From the NCBI GenBank assembly GCA_964342815.1, contig CAYFHS010000006.1:32001-96000 (forward strand): a DNA stretch of 64,000 bases. Direction: 5' to 3'. Source of the stretch: an uncultured archaeon (GTDB lineage: Archaea; Thermoplasmatota; Penumbrarchaeia; JASLWR01). Each line of letters opens with the position of its first letter. Position 1 is the first letter of the stretch. This document shows positions 35,600 through 46,412 of this stretch, piece after piece. The notes beneath the pieces were generated by a model that saw nothing but the letters and a program-made list of their open reading frames with translations, was not told the DNA's origin and searched no databases. The position numbers and the translations under genes were made by a program.

Positions 35600-35987
35600 T
35601 ATCTTAGCCGTCGAGTTATCTCCCAATGGAGAAAAAAACGATAGCCTGAAATTTGCAGTTGGAGCTAACCCTTCCGATTACCGTAAGCTTCTGGATCGAA
35701 TTGCCAGCACATCACAAAAAAAAATTGGATCCGAAAAAAAACCATCACCCAAAAACCCAGCCGGTTTCCCGGATAATAAAACGGAAAACAAGAAGTGCGG
35801 GATTTGCCTCGAAGAGTTCGGACGGCATTCCAAGGTCGTGACCTGCAACTGTGGGAGATGCTATCACATACTATGTGCCACTCAGGTGGGCGAGTGTCCA
35901 ATTTGTGATGCTGATCTCCTGGCCCTCAGCAGCAGATTGATGGACCGTGGTAAAGTAAATGATTATTCCTTCATTTGGGGTAAATGA
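35577..35987 (+). CDS. Small protein with C-terminal C4HC3 zinc finger (prokaryotic RING family 1-like)
   Basis: CGIC-x11-CNC-x4-H-x2-C-x6-CPIC; start overlaps the upstream stop (ATG at 35577 or 35586). Confidence 0.7.
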   Translation: MMTMKNFNILAVELSPNGEKNDSLKFAVGANPSDYRKLLDRIASTSQKKIGSEKKPSPKNPAGFPDNKTENKKCGICLEEFGRHSKVVTCNCGRCYHILCATQVGECPICDADLLALSSRLMDRGKVNDYSFIWGK

Positions 35988-36037
35988 ATTTATTTATACC
36001 GCTCCTCTCACCGATACCAGGATGACCTAAATAAAAT

Positions 36038-37657
36038 TCAATGTGAATTGTTCTTTTTGTGTCGTGCGGACTTCGATTCCGAATAACGGTAATAGGGAGA
36101 GAGAGATTCGTAACCCATGCCACCGGGCTCGATATGCGACTCCACGCTGAAGTTCATGGGGGTGGAGATGAAGATATTTTCTTCCTCGAACCTTCGGAGT
36201 ATTTCGTGAAGAAGTTCAGACTTTACTGAACGCATCTTTTTCGGATTGTCCACGTAGAATCTCACTTCCATGATCACGTCGAAATCCCCGAAATTCCGCA
36301 GGATCACCTGTGGCGCTCTTGGTTTTTCCTGTACTTCGGGGTGGCCGTTGCTTATCTCTTTCATTATGCGCTCCGCAGCTGAAACGTTCTTCCATGTGGG
36401 AACAAGCCCAAGCCTTATCCTGACCCTGAGTGATGGTTCCTGCAGGTGGCTGAAGTTGGCGAGAAAATTCTCGGTAATCATCTTGTTAGGAATGGTTAGG
36501 ATCACCCCGTCTGTGGACCTCACCTTTGTGCTTCTGAGGCCGATGCGAAGCACGTCCCCCCACGCGCTGTAAAGTGTTCCGATCTTCTCCGGCAGGAGTA
36601 TCCGATCACCGATCTTGAAGGATTGGTCGAGCATGAGATGGAGACCCGCAAATACATTTGAAAGCGTATCCTGCGCTGCGAATGCCACGACTATTCCGAT
36701 CACTCCCATACTGGTGATGAAAAAAGTGATATCCAGACCCAGCTGGTTCAGTATGATGAAAATACCCACCACCACTATCACGGCACTGCCTATCCTTCGG
36801 GTCATGGGAAGAAGCATCTTGGATACACTGGGCTCGTTCATACGATCTGATATCTTTATTCCGGCATTCACGAGGGTTGTAAGAATCTTGACGCTGACGT
36901 ACATTACGTTGATGATCAGAATGATATTGTAAGTGAGTTCCAGCCAGTATATCACATTGGTCGGGATGGACAGCAGTTTCAGAGATGATAATATCCCGTA
37001 GAGTGCCACGAGAAGTATCAAAGGTCCCCGAACTGCATTTACGATAATGTCATCCAATTTTATTTTCGTCTTGCCAGTCAACCGTTTTATGACATAGGTA
37101 ATGAAAAGTGTCAAAACGATAATGATGATCATCCATATGGCAAGTGACAGTAGAAACGCTCCCCCTTCATTGTCCAGAGGCGCGGGTAGCGGGTTCTTGA
37201 ACGTATCGAATATTAATGGATCGTGTATTTTTTCCACCTTTACCGCCCGCTGCACATCGAAAGTGCCTTCCTCTGAGGTAACAATGAATATCACAATGAC
37301 ATCGACCTCGTCATCGGCATCTTCCGAATTCGGTGTGGCTGCGATTGACACCTTCGAGCTGTTTCCGGGGGTGAGTGTAAAAGGATTTCCACTTTCAATT
37401 TCGATGCTCCATTGCTTGCCTATCTCGGAAAGTATCACTCTTACGGTACAGTTCGTTCTTCCTTCATTCGTAAGTAACCATTCATACCGTGCATCCTCCC
37501 CCGGTTCCACCGCTTTCACTTTAACGTTGGTATCATTGATTTTTAGTTCATCGGTAACGATTCCCGTAACGCTTGTTCCAGCCCCCACTGTCATTATGAG
37601 AAATATGATTAGAAGAAATACCGCTTTTTGCGTTACCTTGAACCCAGGGCGTTTCAT
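36038..37657 (-). CDS. mscS: Small-conductance mechanosensitive channel (MscS family) with N-terminal extracellular Ig-like domain
   Basis: GVIGIVVAFAAQDTLSNVFAGLHL, FKIGDRI, IGLRSTKVRS, IPN, FGDF; N-terminal signal then a beta-rich domain. Confidence 0.88.
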   Translation of the reverse strand: MKRPGFKVTQKAVFLLIIFLIMTVGAGTSVTGIVTDELKINDTNVKVKAVEPGEDARYEWLLTNEGRTNCTVRVILSEIGKQWSIEIESGNPFTLTPGNSSKVSIAATPNSEDADDEVDVIVIFIVTSEEGTFDVQRAVKVEKIHDPLIFDTFKNPLPAPLDNEGGAFLLSLAIWMIIIIVLTLFITYVIKRLTGKTKIKLDDIIVNAVRGPLILLVALYGILSSLKLLSIPTNVIYWLELTYNIILIINVMYVSVKILTTLVNAGIKISDRMNEPSVSKMLLPMTRRIGSAVIVVVGIFIILNQLGLDITFFITSMGVIGIVVAFAAQDTLSNVFAGLHLMLDQSFKIGDRILLPEKIGTLYSAWGDVLRIGLRSTKVRSTDGVILTIPNKMITENFLANFSHLQEPSLRVRIRLGLVPTWKNVSAAERIMKEISNGHPEVQEKPRAPQVILRNFGDFDVIMEVRFYVDNPKKMRSVKSELLHEILRRFEEENIFISTPMNFSVESHIEPGGMGYESLSPYYRYSESKSARHKKNNSH

Positions 37658-37658
37658 C

Positions 37659-39302
37659 TCATCTACTCCTGAAAACCGAATTGAGGCTTTTCGATATGAG
37701 GTCCATGTCCGCGATCATTCCCTTCTGGGATTCCATTATCTCACGAACCTTCAGGGATTGGTCCAGAGCTGAAGCGTTTCCCGTTCCAGCTCCAAGTACC
37801 AAGTGTATACCATCAAGGGCAATCTTCAAAGCGGTTTCCCTGGCATAGGTTCGGGACATAGCTTTCCATGTATCTTTATCGAAATTCACAGTCTCTCCGT
37901 ACTCTTCCTTGGCCGCACTTTGAGAAAATACCATGGCGGTCTCCCCGAGAGCGGCCAGTTCTCCCAGTTTGAAGAGAACGTGCTGGTTGCGGGTTAGTTT
38001 CTGGGCTCTGCAGTTTGCGAAAATGCTGTTGAGGGCGGCAAGGGCCAGGGAGACGATTCCGGCACCGACGTCCGGGCTGCTCCGGTGCAGTACGGCCAGT
38101 TTCCGGGAGAGTTCGAGATAATAGGTTTCCCTGCTTTTTAGATGATTCTGCCACCTGTTGCGGGCGATGGTCATCTCCATTATCTCGTTTGTGCCCTCGT
38201 ATATCATGGTTATTCTTACGTCGCGTTTTATCTTTTCCACGGCGTATTCTCTCGTATAACCGTATCCACCCAATGCCTGAATGGCGGCTTCAGCTGCATC
38301 ATTTCCCGTTTCCGTCGCCAGATATTTTGCGATGGCTCCTTCTGTCTGCAGTCCCTCCTCCCCTCCGTCCAAGCGTGCTGCGATCTCTTCGATATATGCC
38401 TTGGAAGCTTCTAGCTTGACGGCGTAGGGTACGATCAACTTATGGGTGTACCCCTGCTTCTCCGACAACGGACCTCCGGCCTGTATTCTCTGTTGGGAGT
38501 ATTTGATCGCTCTCTCAATAGCATCCCATCCGGCACCCAGACCGAAGGCGGCAACCATCAGTCGGGTGTAACCGAATACGGCCTGGGCCTGCATTAGCCC
38601 GAATCCCTCTTTCTCTCCAACCAGCTGGTCGGCGGGAACGTAAACGTTATCCATGGTAAAAGCGGCGGTGTTGGCTGCCCTGATGCCGTGCTTGTCCTCT
38701 GGTGCGTTGATGGTGAGACCCTCGGCGCCCTTTTCCATTATGAACCAACAAAATCCTTTGGGAGTCCGAGCCAGGATCAGATAGATGTCGGCCAGGCCTC
38801 CGTTGGAGATCCACTGCTTGGTACCGGTGATCCGGTATCCCGTGATTACATCGTTCTCAATTACTGCTTCGGCCCTTGTGGTGCTGGCGCCGAGGTCGCT
38901 GCCGGCATCCGGTTCGGTGGCTCCGTAAGCAACGAGAGAGCCTTCTTCGGCAATCTTGGTCATCCATCTGTTCTTCTGTTCATCCGTTCCTCCGACACGG
39001 ATTGGATCGGTTCCGAGAAAGGTGGCGAATATTGCCGTGGCAATACCGAGGTCGATCCGGGCCAGTGCTTCGCAGAGCCGGTAGACATCATAGGTGCTGC
39101 CGCCGAAACCCCCGTATTCCTCGGGCATGAGAACCAGATGAAGTCCCAATATCTCCGGGTCGTACATCTTCCGTAGTATCTCCTCGGGAAATTCCCCGTT
39201 CTTGTCCAGCTCCAAAAGATAATCGAAGGGGAGATGACGAGCGGCAAAATCATTAAGGCTTTCAAGTATCATTTCACGCGTATCCGAATCCAGACCGACC
39301 AT
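37659..39302 (-). CDS. Acyl-CoA dehydrogenase with C-terminal extension
   Basis: YGATEPDAGSD, GTKQWISNG, KHGIRA, ALGGYGYTREY, IYEGTNEI. Confidence 0.93.
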   Translation of the reverse strand: MVGLDSDTREMILESLNDFAARHLPFDYLLELDKNGEFPEEILRKMYDPEILGLHLVLMPEEYGGFGGSTYDVYRLCEALARIDLGIATAIFATFLGTDPIRVGGTDEQKNRWMTKIAEEGSLVAYGATEPDAGSDLGASTTRAEAVIENDVITGYRITGTKQWISNGGLADIYLILARTPKGFCWFIMEKGAEGLTINAPEDKHGIRAANTAAFTMDNVYVPADQLVGEKEGFGLMQAQAVFGYTRLMVAAFGLGAGWDAIERAIKYSQQRIQAGGPLSEKQGYTHKLIVPYAVKLEASKAYIEEIAARLDGGEEGLQTEGAIAKYLATETGNDAAEAAIQALGGYGYTREYAVEKIKRDVRITMIYEGTNEIMEMTIARNRWQNHLKSRETYYLELSRKLAVLHRSSPDVGAGIVSLALAALNSIFANCRAQKLTRNQHVLFKLGELAALGETAMVFSQSAAKEEYGETVNFDKDTWKAMSRTYARETALKIALDGIHLVLGAGTGNASALDQSLKVREIMESQKGMIADMDLISKSLNSVFRSR

Positions 39303-39585
39303 TTAATTCCTCCATATGTCCAAAAATCTTTCATAGTATTCCAGGACTTTTTTAATAGACGGTTTGATAGAAATAAAAAGCTAATATATATTAGTTTGTG
39401 CATATTGGCCCCGATGCACCACAGGACTTTATCAAAGAGCGACATTCAGGGAAAAATAATTATAATCTCTAAAAACGATACATATATACAATAATAAAGA
39501 AGATTACTGAATCCTGAGGGAATCTTAATATAGAATAAATCCATAAAACTTTGGGCGTAAAGTATTCGGCGTATTGGTGAAAATA

Positions 39586-41565
39586 ATGGCAGAACTACCT
39601 GGCGAGCAGGAATGGCTTGAAAAACAGAAATTTTCAGATACCTCCAAGATAAAGATACCGAAGAAATTGATCGATCACGTTATAGGGCAGGACGATGCGG
39701 TAACGGTGGCAAGGAAGGCCGCTCTGCAGCGGCGCCACGTACTTCTCATCGGCGAACCTGGTACCGGGAAATCCATGCTGGCCAACGCAATGGCAGAACT
39801 TTTACCACTGGATAATCTGGAAGACGTCATAGTGTATCCCAACGAGGAGGACCCCAACAATCCAAAGGTACGCGTAGTCCCCCGCGGGAAGGGTAAAGCC
39901 ATCGTGGATTTGCAGAAGGCCGAGGCCAAGATGAGAAAGGATCAGAAGAACAAGATGAAATTGATGATCATCGGAGGAATCGTTGCACTGTCCATATTGG
40001 CATTCATGATGATTCGTGACGCAGACGGTAATCCAAATCCCATGATACTTTTTTTCGGACTGATCGCAGCTGCCATTGTGTATATGGCCATGAGGGGTAT
40101 CGCCCCTCAGAAAGATGAGGAGTCGGTACCCAAGCTCCTGCTGGCACAGAAGAAGAGGTCTTTGGACCGCTTCGTGGACGGTACTGGAGCACACGCAGGG
40201 GCTCTGCTGGGAGACGTCAAGCACGATCCTTTCCAGTCTGGGGGCCTGGAGACCCCCGCCCATGATCGGGTGGAGATAGGTGCCATTCATCGGGCGCACC
40301 GCGGTGTTCTTTTCATAGATGAACTGAATACTCTACGGATCGAATCACAGCACAGCCTGCTCACCGCCATGCAGGAAAAGAAATTCCCCATCACCGGCCA
40401 GAGCGAGAGGAGCTCGGGGGCTATGGTTAAGACCGATCCGGTCCCATGCGATTTCATACTGGTGGCTGCTGGCAATCTCGAGTCCATGAAGGGTATGCAC
40501 CCGGCCCTGCGTTCCAGAATAAGAGGCTACGGTTATGAAATATATGTTAGAAGCACCATGAAGGACACTGACACCAACAGGAAAAAACTTATCAGATTTA
40601 TAGCTCAAGAGGTGAAAAAAGATAAACTGATCCCCCACTTTGCCAAGGATGCCGTAGGGGAGATCATACTTGAAGCCCAGCGCAGGTCCGGTCGTAGAGG
40701 TCATCTTTCGCTGAGGCTCCGGGAGCTGGGGGGTCTCATACGCGTGGCAGGGGATATTGCCAAGGAAGAGAATGCAAAGCTCGTCTCCCCCGAACACGTT
40801 ATAAAGGCCAAGACAATAGCAAAACCTCTGGAGCAGCAGGTGGCGGACCGGTTTATCGAACATAAAAAGGATTACAAGACTTTCAAGGTTACCGGTTACG
40901 AGGTTGGTATGGTAAACGGACTTGGTGTGCTTGGAGCGGATACTGGGATGTCGGATTTTTCAGGGATTATCACGAATATTGCAGCAGAGGTGACCCCGGC
41001 TGCGTCAAGAGATGAAGGGAAGGTGATTGCAACTGGAAAATTGGGCGAGATCGCCAGGGAAGCGGTTCAGAACGTTTCGGCGCTATTCAAGAAGCACACT
41101 GGCAAAGATATCTCAAATCACGATGTTCATATACAGTTCATAGGTACACATGAAGGCGTTGAAGGTGATTCCGCCTCTATCTCTATAGCCACAGCTGTGA
41201 TTTCTGCATTGGAACAGGTCAAAGTGGATCAATCCGTGGCAATGACCGGTTCCCTTAGTGTCAGGGGCGAGGTCTTACCAGTCGGGGGTGTCACGGCAAA
41301 GATCGAAGCCGCAGTAAAATCTGGAATAAAGAAGGTCTTGATACCAAAGGCCAATATGCAAGATGTGCTCATCGAAAACCGGTATAAAGAGATGATAAAG
41401 ATCATACCTGTGAGCAACTTGAAAGAAGTATTGGATAATGCCCTTGTGCAGAAAAAAAAGGGTATAATCGATCGTTTTTCGGAGCTTGTAGTTGAGAAAG
41501 TACCTGTGACGGAGATAGCGACTAAGATCCCCGTAGACAAATCAATAGCCTGCAATACCAGTTGA
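39586..41565 (+). CDS. lonB: Archaeal ATP-dependent protease LonB
   Basis: [13 protein letters not shown], two TM helices inserted in the AAA domain, LFIDE, EGDSAS (Ser), [13 protein letters not shown] (Lys); start refined to 39586 by GGTGA RBS. Confidence 0.95.
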   Translation: MAELPGEQEWLEKQKFSDTSKIKIPKKLIDHVIGQDDAVTVARKAALQRRHVLLIGEPGTGKSMLANAMAELLPLDNLEDVIVYPNEEDPNNPKVRVVPRGKGKAIVDLQKAEAKMRKDQKNKMKLMIIGGIVALSILAFMMIRDADGNPNPMILFFGLIAAAIVYMAMRGIAPQKDEESVPKLLLAQKKRSLDRFVDGTGAHAGALLGDVKHDPFQSGGLETPAHDRVEIGAIHRAHRGVLFIDELNTLRIESQHSLLTAMQEKKFPITGQSERSSGAMVKTDPVPCDFILVAAGNLESMKGMHPALRSRIRGYGYEIYVRSTMKDTDTNRKKLIRFIAQEVKKDKLIPHFAKDAVGEIILEAQRRSGRRGHLSLRLRELGGLIRVAGDIAKEENAKLVSPEHVIKAKTIAKPLEQQVADRFIEHKKDYKTFKVTGYEVGMVNGLGVLGADTGMSDFSGIITNIAAEVTPAASRDEGKVIATGKLGEIAREAVQNVSALFKKHTGKDISNHDVHIQFIGTHEGVEGDSASISIATAVISALEQVKVDQSVAMTGSLSVRGEVLPVGGVTAKIEAAVKSGIKKVLIPKANMQDVLIENRYKEMIKIIPVSNLKEVLDNALVQKKKGIIDRFSELVVEKVPVTEIATKIPVDKSIACNTS

Positions 41566-41720
41566 CAAAGATAAATAATTATTCCGTTCGATTTTGGATA
41601 ACGCAAAGAATTAATATATACGAGCTATATCGGAGAATTCCCTTCAAGCTTGTATCGAGCCATCTATCTCGAAGTAATCTTGGACCTGAACTCTCAAAAA
41701 ATACAGGAAGTGATACCACG

Positions 41721-44700
41721 TTGCGTGTTATCAAAATAATGTCGATATTCATAATTGTGACTTGTCTCGTAATACCCGGAATGGTCGTAGGTCCAGGTAT
41801 TCAGAACCTCCAGACCGATTTCGGGAACAACCAGAAATCAATAGAAATAACATTCCTAGGCGAAGGCAGCAAAGTGGTGCAAATCCCGGTTTATTCCAAT
41901 GCTACTTATGATTACTGTACCATGAGCGTTATGGGAAAACCCAAGGGTGATCTCTATCCTTCCAATGTAACTGTGGACGTGGGTGATGATGGAATGGAGG
42001 ATTGGGGATTCCAGGGGATAATGGGCAAGATAACCAGGTTGGGGGATGACAGTAGAGAGCACCGATTCGATCTGACGGGGGATCAGAATTATGATATTGA
42101 GACCTTTATCACAATACCCACGGGCTCCAATGTTAGTTCTGCATCCTTGAACATAACCCCCAAGGGCGGTTACACTGAATCCCTTTTCATGAATATCGGT
42201 CCTGTAAAGCTCATGGCCGGAGTTGATGAAGAGATGTGGTATGCTGTGGACAGTGAGGCACTATTAAGACAGCACATTATTACCGAGAACATAGAGGTAT
42301 TCACAAACAGCGACGGGCTTAATAACAGCAGGATAACGGCTCTCACGGCAGATGAGGATTTCGTGTACGCTGGCTCGGAAAATTTGGGCGTATCAATATT
42401 CGACAGGAAAAAAAACGAGTTCGCCCCGTTTCGGTGGGAAAGTGACAGCCTTCTGGGAACAAATAATACCCGCCTTCTGCATTCCGACGGAGAACGTGTT
42501 TACATCGCCACGGATCGCGCCGTGCAGGTGTTCAATAAATTCGGTGATTTCGGTGATTTTCTCTACACCTGGGTACCGACTCCCGGACAGCTTGTAAGCG
42601 TCAATGTGACAGATATCGAGACGTTGGGCCCCCTTGTTTTCATTGGCACAACCGAAGGCATTTCGATATATAACCAGAATACCTTTAATTGGGTGAACTT
42701 GAATGAAGAAAATGGTCTCCTCTCCGATAGAGTACAGGATATGGTTGTAGATAACGATATATTATACGCTGCCACGGATAAAGGTATCTCGAGATATGAT
42801 CATAATATACTTGATTTCCTACCCGAGATAGACAGTTATCATCTTCCCGACGAGGATGTATCCCATCTGGCCCAGAACTCTACCAGTATATTTGCCGTGG
42901 CCAGTAATGGTGGATATGATTCCATTACAAAGATCAGCAAGTCCACCGGAAAGGCAGTGGGGGATCTCTGGTACCAGGGGAACAAGAATATTGGGGATGA
43001 TGATTTCACCGAGGTACTATATTCTGCCGGGTATCTTTACATTGCCACCCCTTCCGGAGTATTCCGCGGAGAATTCCCATCCGAGGAGTTTCGCGATATC
43101 CCACTATCCAATAATCAGATACTGGCGAATTCCGTTGCCCATGTGTTATTCAATCCCGATGATGGTATATTATATATTGTCTCAGAGGAAGGCGTCAGCA
43201 GGTACGATACTGCCAAACAGCAGTTCATTGAACCCTGGACCGAGGACTCTGGTCTCGAAGATAATGACGGAACGGCCATGCTTATCGATTCCGATTATAT
43301 ATATATCGGAACAGCGAGAGACGGGGTTGCCAGGTGGTCGAGGGCTGACGGGATATGGGATGAGCCCATAGATCGGCGAACGAACCCCGTGGGTCTGGAA
43401 TCGAATAAAATTTCTTCCCTTGGTATGGATGATGAATATCTGTATATCGGTCACGATGAGGGTGTTGACCGGTATTATAAGGCCGGCAATCCTCCGTATG
43501 TGGTAGGCGATCCATTGTGGGATGTGGATGTTTTCAATGCCACCTCGAGAGGAGTAATTGTAAACGATATCGTGAGCGATGAAGATTACGTTTATATTGC
43601 ACATGAATCGGTATTCGGAGCATTTGAGACCTATTCCATCGGGGGTTTATGGTGTAACAATAAGACAAGCGGGAACTGGACGCAGTATACGAACCGGAGC
43701 GAGGTTGGAGACAATCTATCGAGCAATGAGGTATTGAGCCTTAATCAGGACGGAGAGAGCCTGTTCATAGGCACGGATAACGGTTTGAACATTATGAATA
43801 AGGATACCCGAGAGATCGAAATAATAAATTACAGCATCGCTCCCACTTTCCTGGGTGGTGCGATTTACGACATTTACCATGATAACAGCAGCTACCCGCC
43901 ACAGCTTTATATGGCCGCGGCTCCCGTGATGAACGAAACACTTGGACACGAGGTTGGGGGGGGTCTTCTGATCTTTAACCTTATTGCCAAAGAAGTTATC
44001 TTTCAATTGAACCGGACAGTTCAGAATCTGAAGATGACCTCGGACAATATCACCAGTATTGAAAAATTCGGCGGCCTGCTGGCGCTGGGAACCAGAGAAG
44101 GCGGTTTGCTCCGGTTCAACCTATCCAATTACGGGATCATGGACCCTTCACAATCCCTGGGAGATCGTCAATTTCCATCCGATCTGCTTTTCGACCTTGG
44201 AAACGACGGCGACATAGAACAGACCGTTCCGGTGTTCAATGCTCCAGTGAGTTTAGACATCGCCGATAAACTGAATCTACTACTGCATTACTCTAGCTCA
44301 TCCATCTACAAGTACGGGGTGGAATACTCAATAATACCCATTAATATTTCCATCCATCCGGAAAGCACCGGAATAATCCTTTTGTCGGACCTGCACATAG
44401 AGTATGAATATGAACATGCTGTGGCTGATTTTTCCGGTACAATCAATGCTTACATCAGTACACTGCCGCTGGGGGAGGATAATCTGCGTTACATCCCGGT
44501 CCGGGTATATTCGAAGAGTCCGGGAGTGGTTTTATTGACGGCACCGATGATGATGTACAGGATCGCTAATGATCCGGTTGCCAATATCGCAAAACCACTT
44601 TCCTGGGATGGTGGGACTTCTTACAAGAACACCGTACCCATCGAGTTCGACGCATCAGGTTCCTACGATCCCGACAAGGAACCCCTGGAATATGTTTGGC

Positions 44701-46394
44701 GCTCCGACATGGATACAACTTTCCGGGGTAACCAAAGGCAGTTTACGTCATATTTGACAAAAGGGAGACATAACATCTCTCTTAACGTGTCCGATCCCAC
44801 CGGGAGATATTCCTTGACCTATGTGATCATCGATGTGGTAGGGAATCGTCCACCCGTTTCAGTCATAGCGTCCCCGTTTAGCGACGCCACCTTCTTCAAG
44901 GGGCAGCCGGTGACATTCAGTGGAGTTGGTAGTTACGACCCGGACGGCGATGAACTTCTTTATACATGGTATGACAGCACCAATGCAAACAAGAAGATCG
45001 GGACGGGAAAGACAATGATACGGGCTTTCGAGATTCCCGGTGACTATAACGTTACGCTTTCCGTATCGGACGGTTCCCTCACGGTCTCTTCTACTATTGT
45101 GAACCTGACCGTCAATTCCTCAACCACCCGGTACCGTAACCAGACCTTCAACTCCACAACCATGATCGGAGTGACCATCGAATACACGCTGACACATTCA
45201 GGCTACGTATCCGACATCGACATGAATTATCTGGACCTGACCGGCGGAGATTTTGATCTGCCCGACGTGGAAAAGACCAATCTCACTCACATAGGAGTGG
45301 GATTTTATATTGACGAGACCACTGGGGCTACCAGATATGAAGAAATGATACGTATTTCATACAAGGGACAGAAAGAGTTCCTTGACAATATAGATATCAA
45401 TACTCTTGGTCTGTATTATTACAACGAATCCACTGAAATTGATAAAAACAGCGAAATGTGGCTGCCAAGCACCACCATTGAGCACAATACCGACCAGATG
45501 TATATCCTCTGCAGCATACCGAATGAGTGGAGGGATGCTTCCACCCGGACTCAATTCGTACTTTTTGCCAATGCCTCCAGATGGGATCGAACTTTCCTTT
45601 CCGTGACAACCAATCCGGAAGACGGAGCTAAAAAGGTGAATCATAAGGGCCTTGTCATCACCATCACTTTCAACAATCATATAATCGACAGCACCATGAA
45701 AATCGAACTTCAGGATGATCCGGGAGGAAATAATCAGGAAATACAGTTTGGTCCCCATTATGATGAAAATACAACATCCGTATCCTTCCGAATGAAAAAC
45801 CTTGAATATGATTCCAAATACACGATCCATATCTCTTTTGTAATGGACGAGTACAGACAGACCATCGAGGATCGTTCATTTACTTTCCATACGAAAGAAA
45901 AGCCTGTACTGGTCGAAGACACCCCAATCTGGTATTGGATCGCAGGCGGCGTCATACTTTTAATATTGATCGCTGTGGCAGTATATTTCCTCGTGATAAG
46001 AAAGAGATTGGAGGAAGAAGAAGAGGAACAAGAGGTCTTTTCCTGCGCGAGATGTGGTTTTGTCCTGGAGGGTGAAGAGGTCAAGGACTGTCCAGAATGC
46101 GGTTTCGAAATGGAGAAGAAGGCCGAGGCAGTGGTTGAGATGAAGTTCATAAACTGCCCGGAATGCGCTGCCAAGATAGATGGCAGATCGAAGATATGTC
46201 CGTTCTGTTCCAAAAAGGTGGGAGAGGAAGAAGAAGAGGTGCTGGAAGAGGAGACCATGGAGGAAGAAGTGGTACTTCCCCCACCTGCTCAGCTGGGTGT
46301 GCCTGAGGATACGGAGTGTCCCACATGCGGTACCATGGTAGAGAAGGGAAATGAAGAATGTCCGGCCTGCGGAGAAGTTGAGTTCGGATTCTGA
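41721..46394 (+). CDS. Large surface protein: beta-propeller, two PKD domains, Ig-like domain, TM, three cytoplasmic zinc-ribbon pairs
   Basis: Repeated LYIATxxGVSRYD blades; IEFDASGSYDPD and VTFSGVGSYDPDGD PKD motifs; TM IWYWIAGGVILLILIAVAVYFLVI; CxxC pairs in tail. Start uncertain (TTG 41721 or ATG 41739; ORF track 41562). Confidence 0.85.
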   Translation: MRVIKIMSIFIIVTCLVIPGMVVGPGIQNLQTDFGNNQKSIEITFLGEGSKVVQIPVYSNATYDYCTMSVMGKPKGDLYPSNVTVDVGDDGMEDWGFQGIMGKITRLGDDSREHRFDLTGDQNYDIETFITIPTGSNVSSASLNITPKGGYTESLFMNIGPVKLMAGVDEEMWYAVDSEALLRQHIITENIEVFTNSDGLNNSRITALTADEDFVYAGSENLGVSIFDRKKNEFAPFRWESDSLLGTNNTRLLHSDGERVYIATDRAVQVFNKFGDFGDFLYTWVPTPGQLVSVNVTDIETLGPLVFIGTTEGISIYNQNTFNWVNLNEENGLLSDRVQDMVVDNDILYAATDKGISRYDHNILDFLPEIDSYHLPDEDVSHLAQNSTSIFAVASNGGYDSITKISKSTGKAVGDLWYQGNKNIGDDDFTEVLYSAGYLYIATPSGVFRGEFPSEEFRDIPLSNNQILANSVAHVLFNPDDGILYIVSEEGVSRYDTAKQQFIEPWTEDSGLEDNDGTAMLIDSDYIYIGTARDGVARWSRADGIWDEPIDRRTNPVGLESNKISSLGMDDEYLYIGHDEGVDRYYKAGNPPYVVGDPLWDVDVFNATSRGVIVNDIVSDEDYVYIAHESVFGAFETYSIGGLWCNNKTSGNWTQYTNRSEVGDNLSSNEVLSLNQDGESLFIGTDNGLNIMNKDTREIEIINYSIAPTFLGGAIYDIYHDNSSYPPQLYMAAAPVMNETLGHEVGGGLLIFNLIAKEVIFQLNRTVQNLKMTSDNITSIEKFGGLLALGTREGGLLRFNLSNYGIMDPSQSLGDRQFPSDLLFDLGNDGDIEQTVPVFNAPVSLDIADKLNLLLHYSSSSIYKYGVEYSIIPINISIHPESTGIILLSDLHIEYEYEHAVADFSGTINAYISTLPLGEDNLRYIPVRVYSKSPGVVLLTAPMMMYRIANDPVANIAKPLSWDGGTSYKNTVPIEFDASGSYDPDKEPLEYVWRSDMDTTFRGNQRQFTSYLTKGRHNISLNVSDPTGRYSLTYVIIDVVGNRPPVSVIASPFSDATFFKGQPVTFSGVGSYDPDGDELLYTWYDSTNANKKIGTGKTMIRAFEIPGDYNVTLSVSDGSLTVSSTIVNLTVNSSTTRYRNQTFNSTTMIGVTIEYTLTHSGYVSDIDMNYLDLTGGDFDLPDVEKTNLTHIGVGFYIDETTGATRYEEMIRISYKGQKEFLDNIDINTLGLYYYNESTEIDKNSEMWLPSTTIEHNTDQMYILCSIPNEWRDASTRTQFVLFANASRWDRTFLSVTTNPEDGAKKVNHKGLVITITFNNHIIDSTMKIELQDDPGGNNQEIQFGPHYDENTTSVSFRMKNLEYDSKYTIHISFVMDEYRQTIEDRSFTFHTKEKPVLVEDTPIWYWIAGGVILLILIAVAVYFLVIRKRLEEEEEEQEVFSCARCGFVLEGEEVKDCPECGFEMEKKAEAVVEMKFINCPECAAKIDGRSKICPFCSKKVGEEEEEVLEEETMEEEVVLPPPAQLGVPEDTECPTCGTMVEKGNEECPACGEVEFGF

Positions 46395-46412
46395 TTTCCT
46401 ACGGGTGGACCC

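Noticed and set aside
41562-41720. N-terminal extension of the 1610-aa ORF overlapping lonB
   Set aside because: Not signal-like and lacks an RBS; a start at 41721 or 41739 gives a normal signal peptide.
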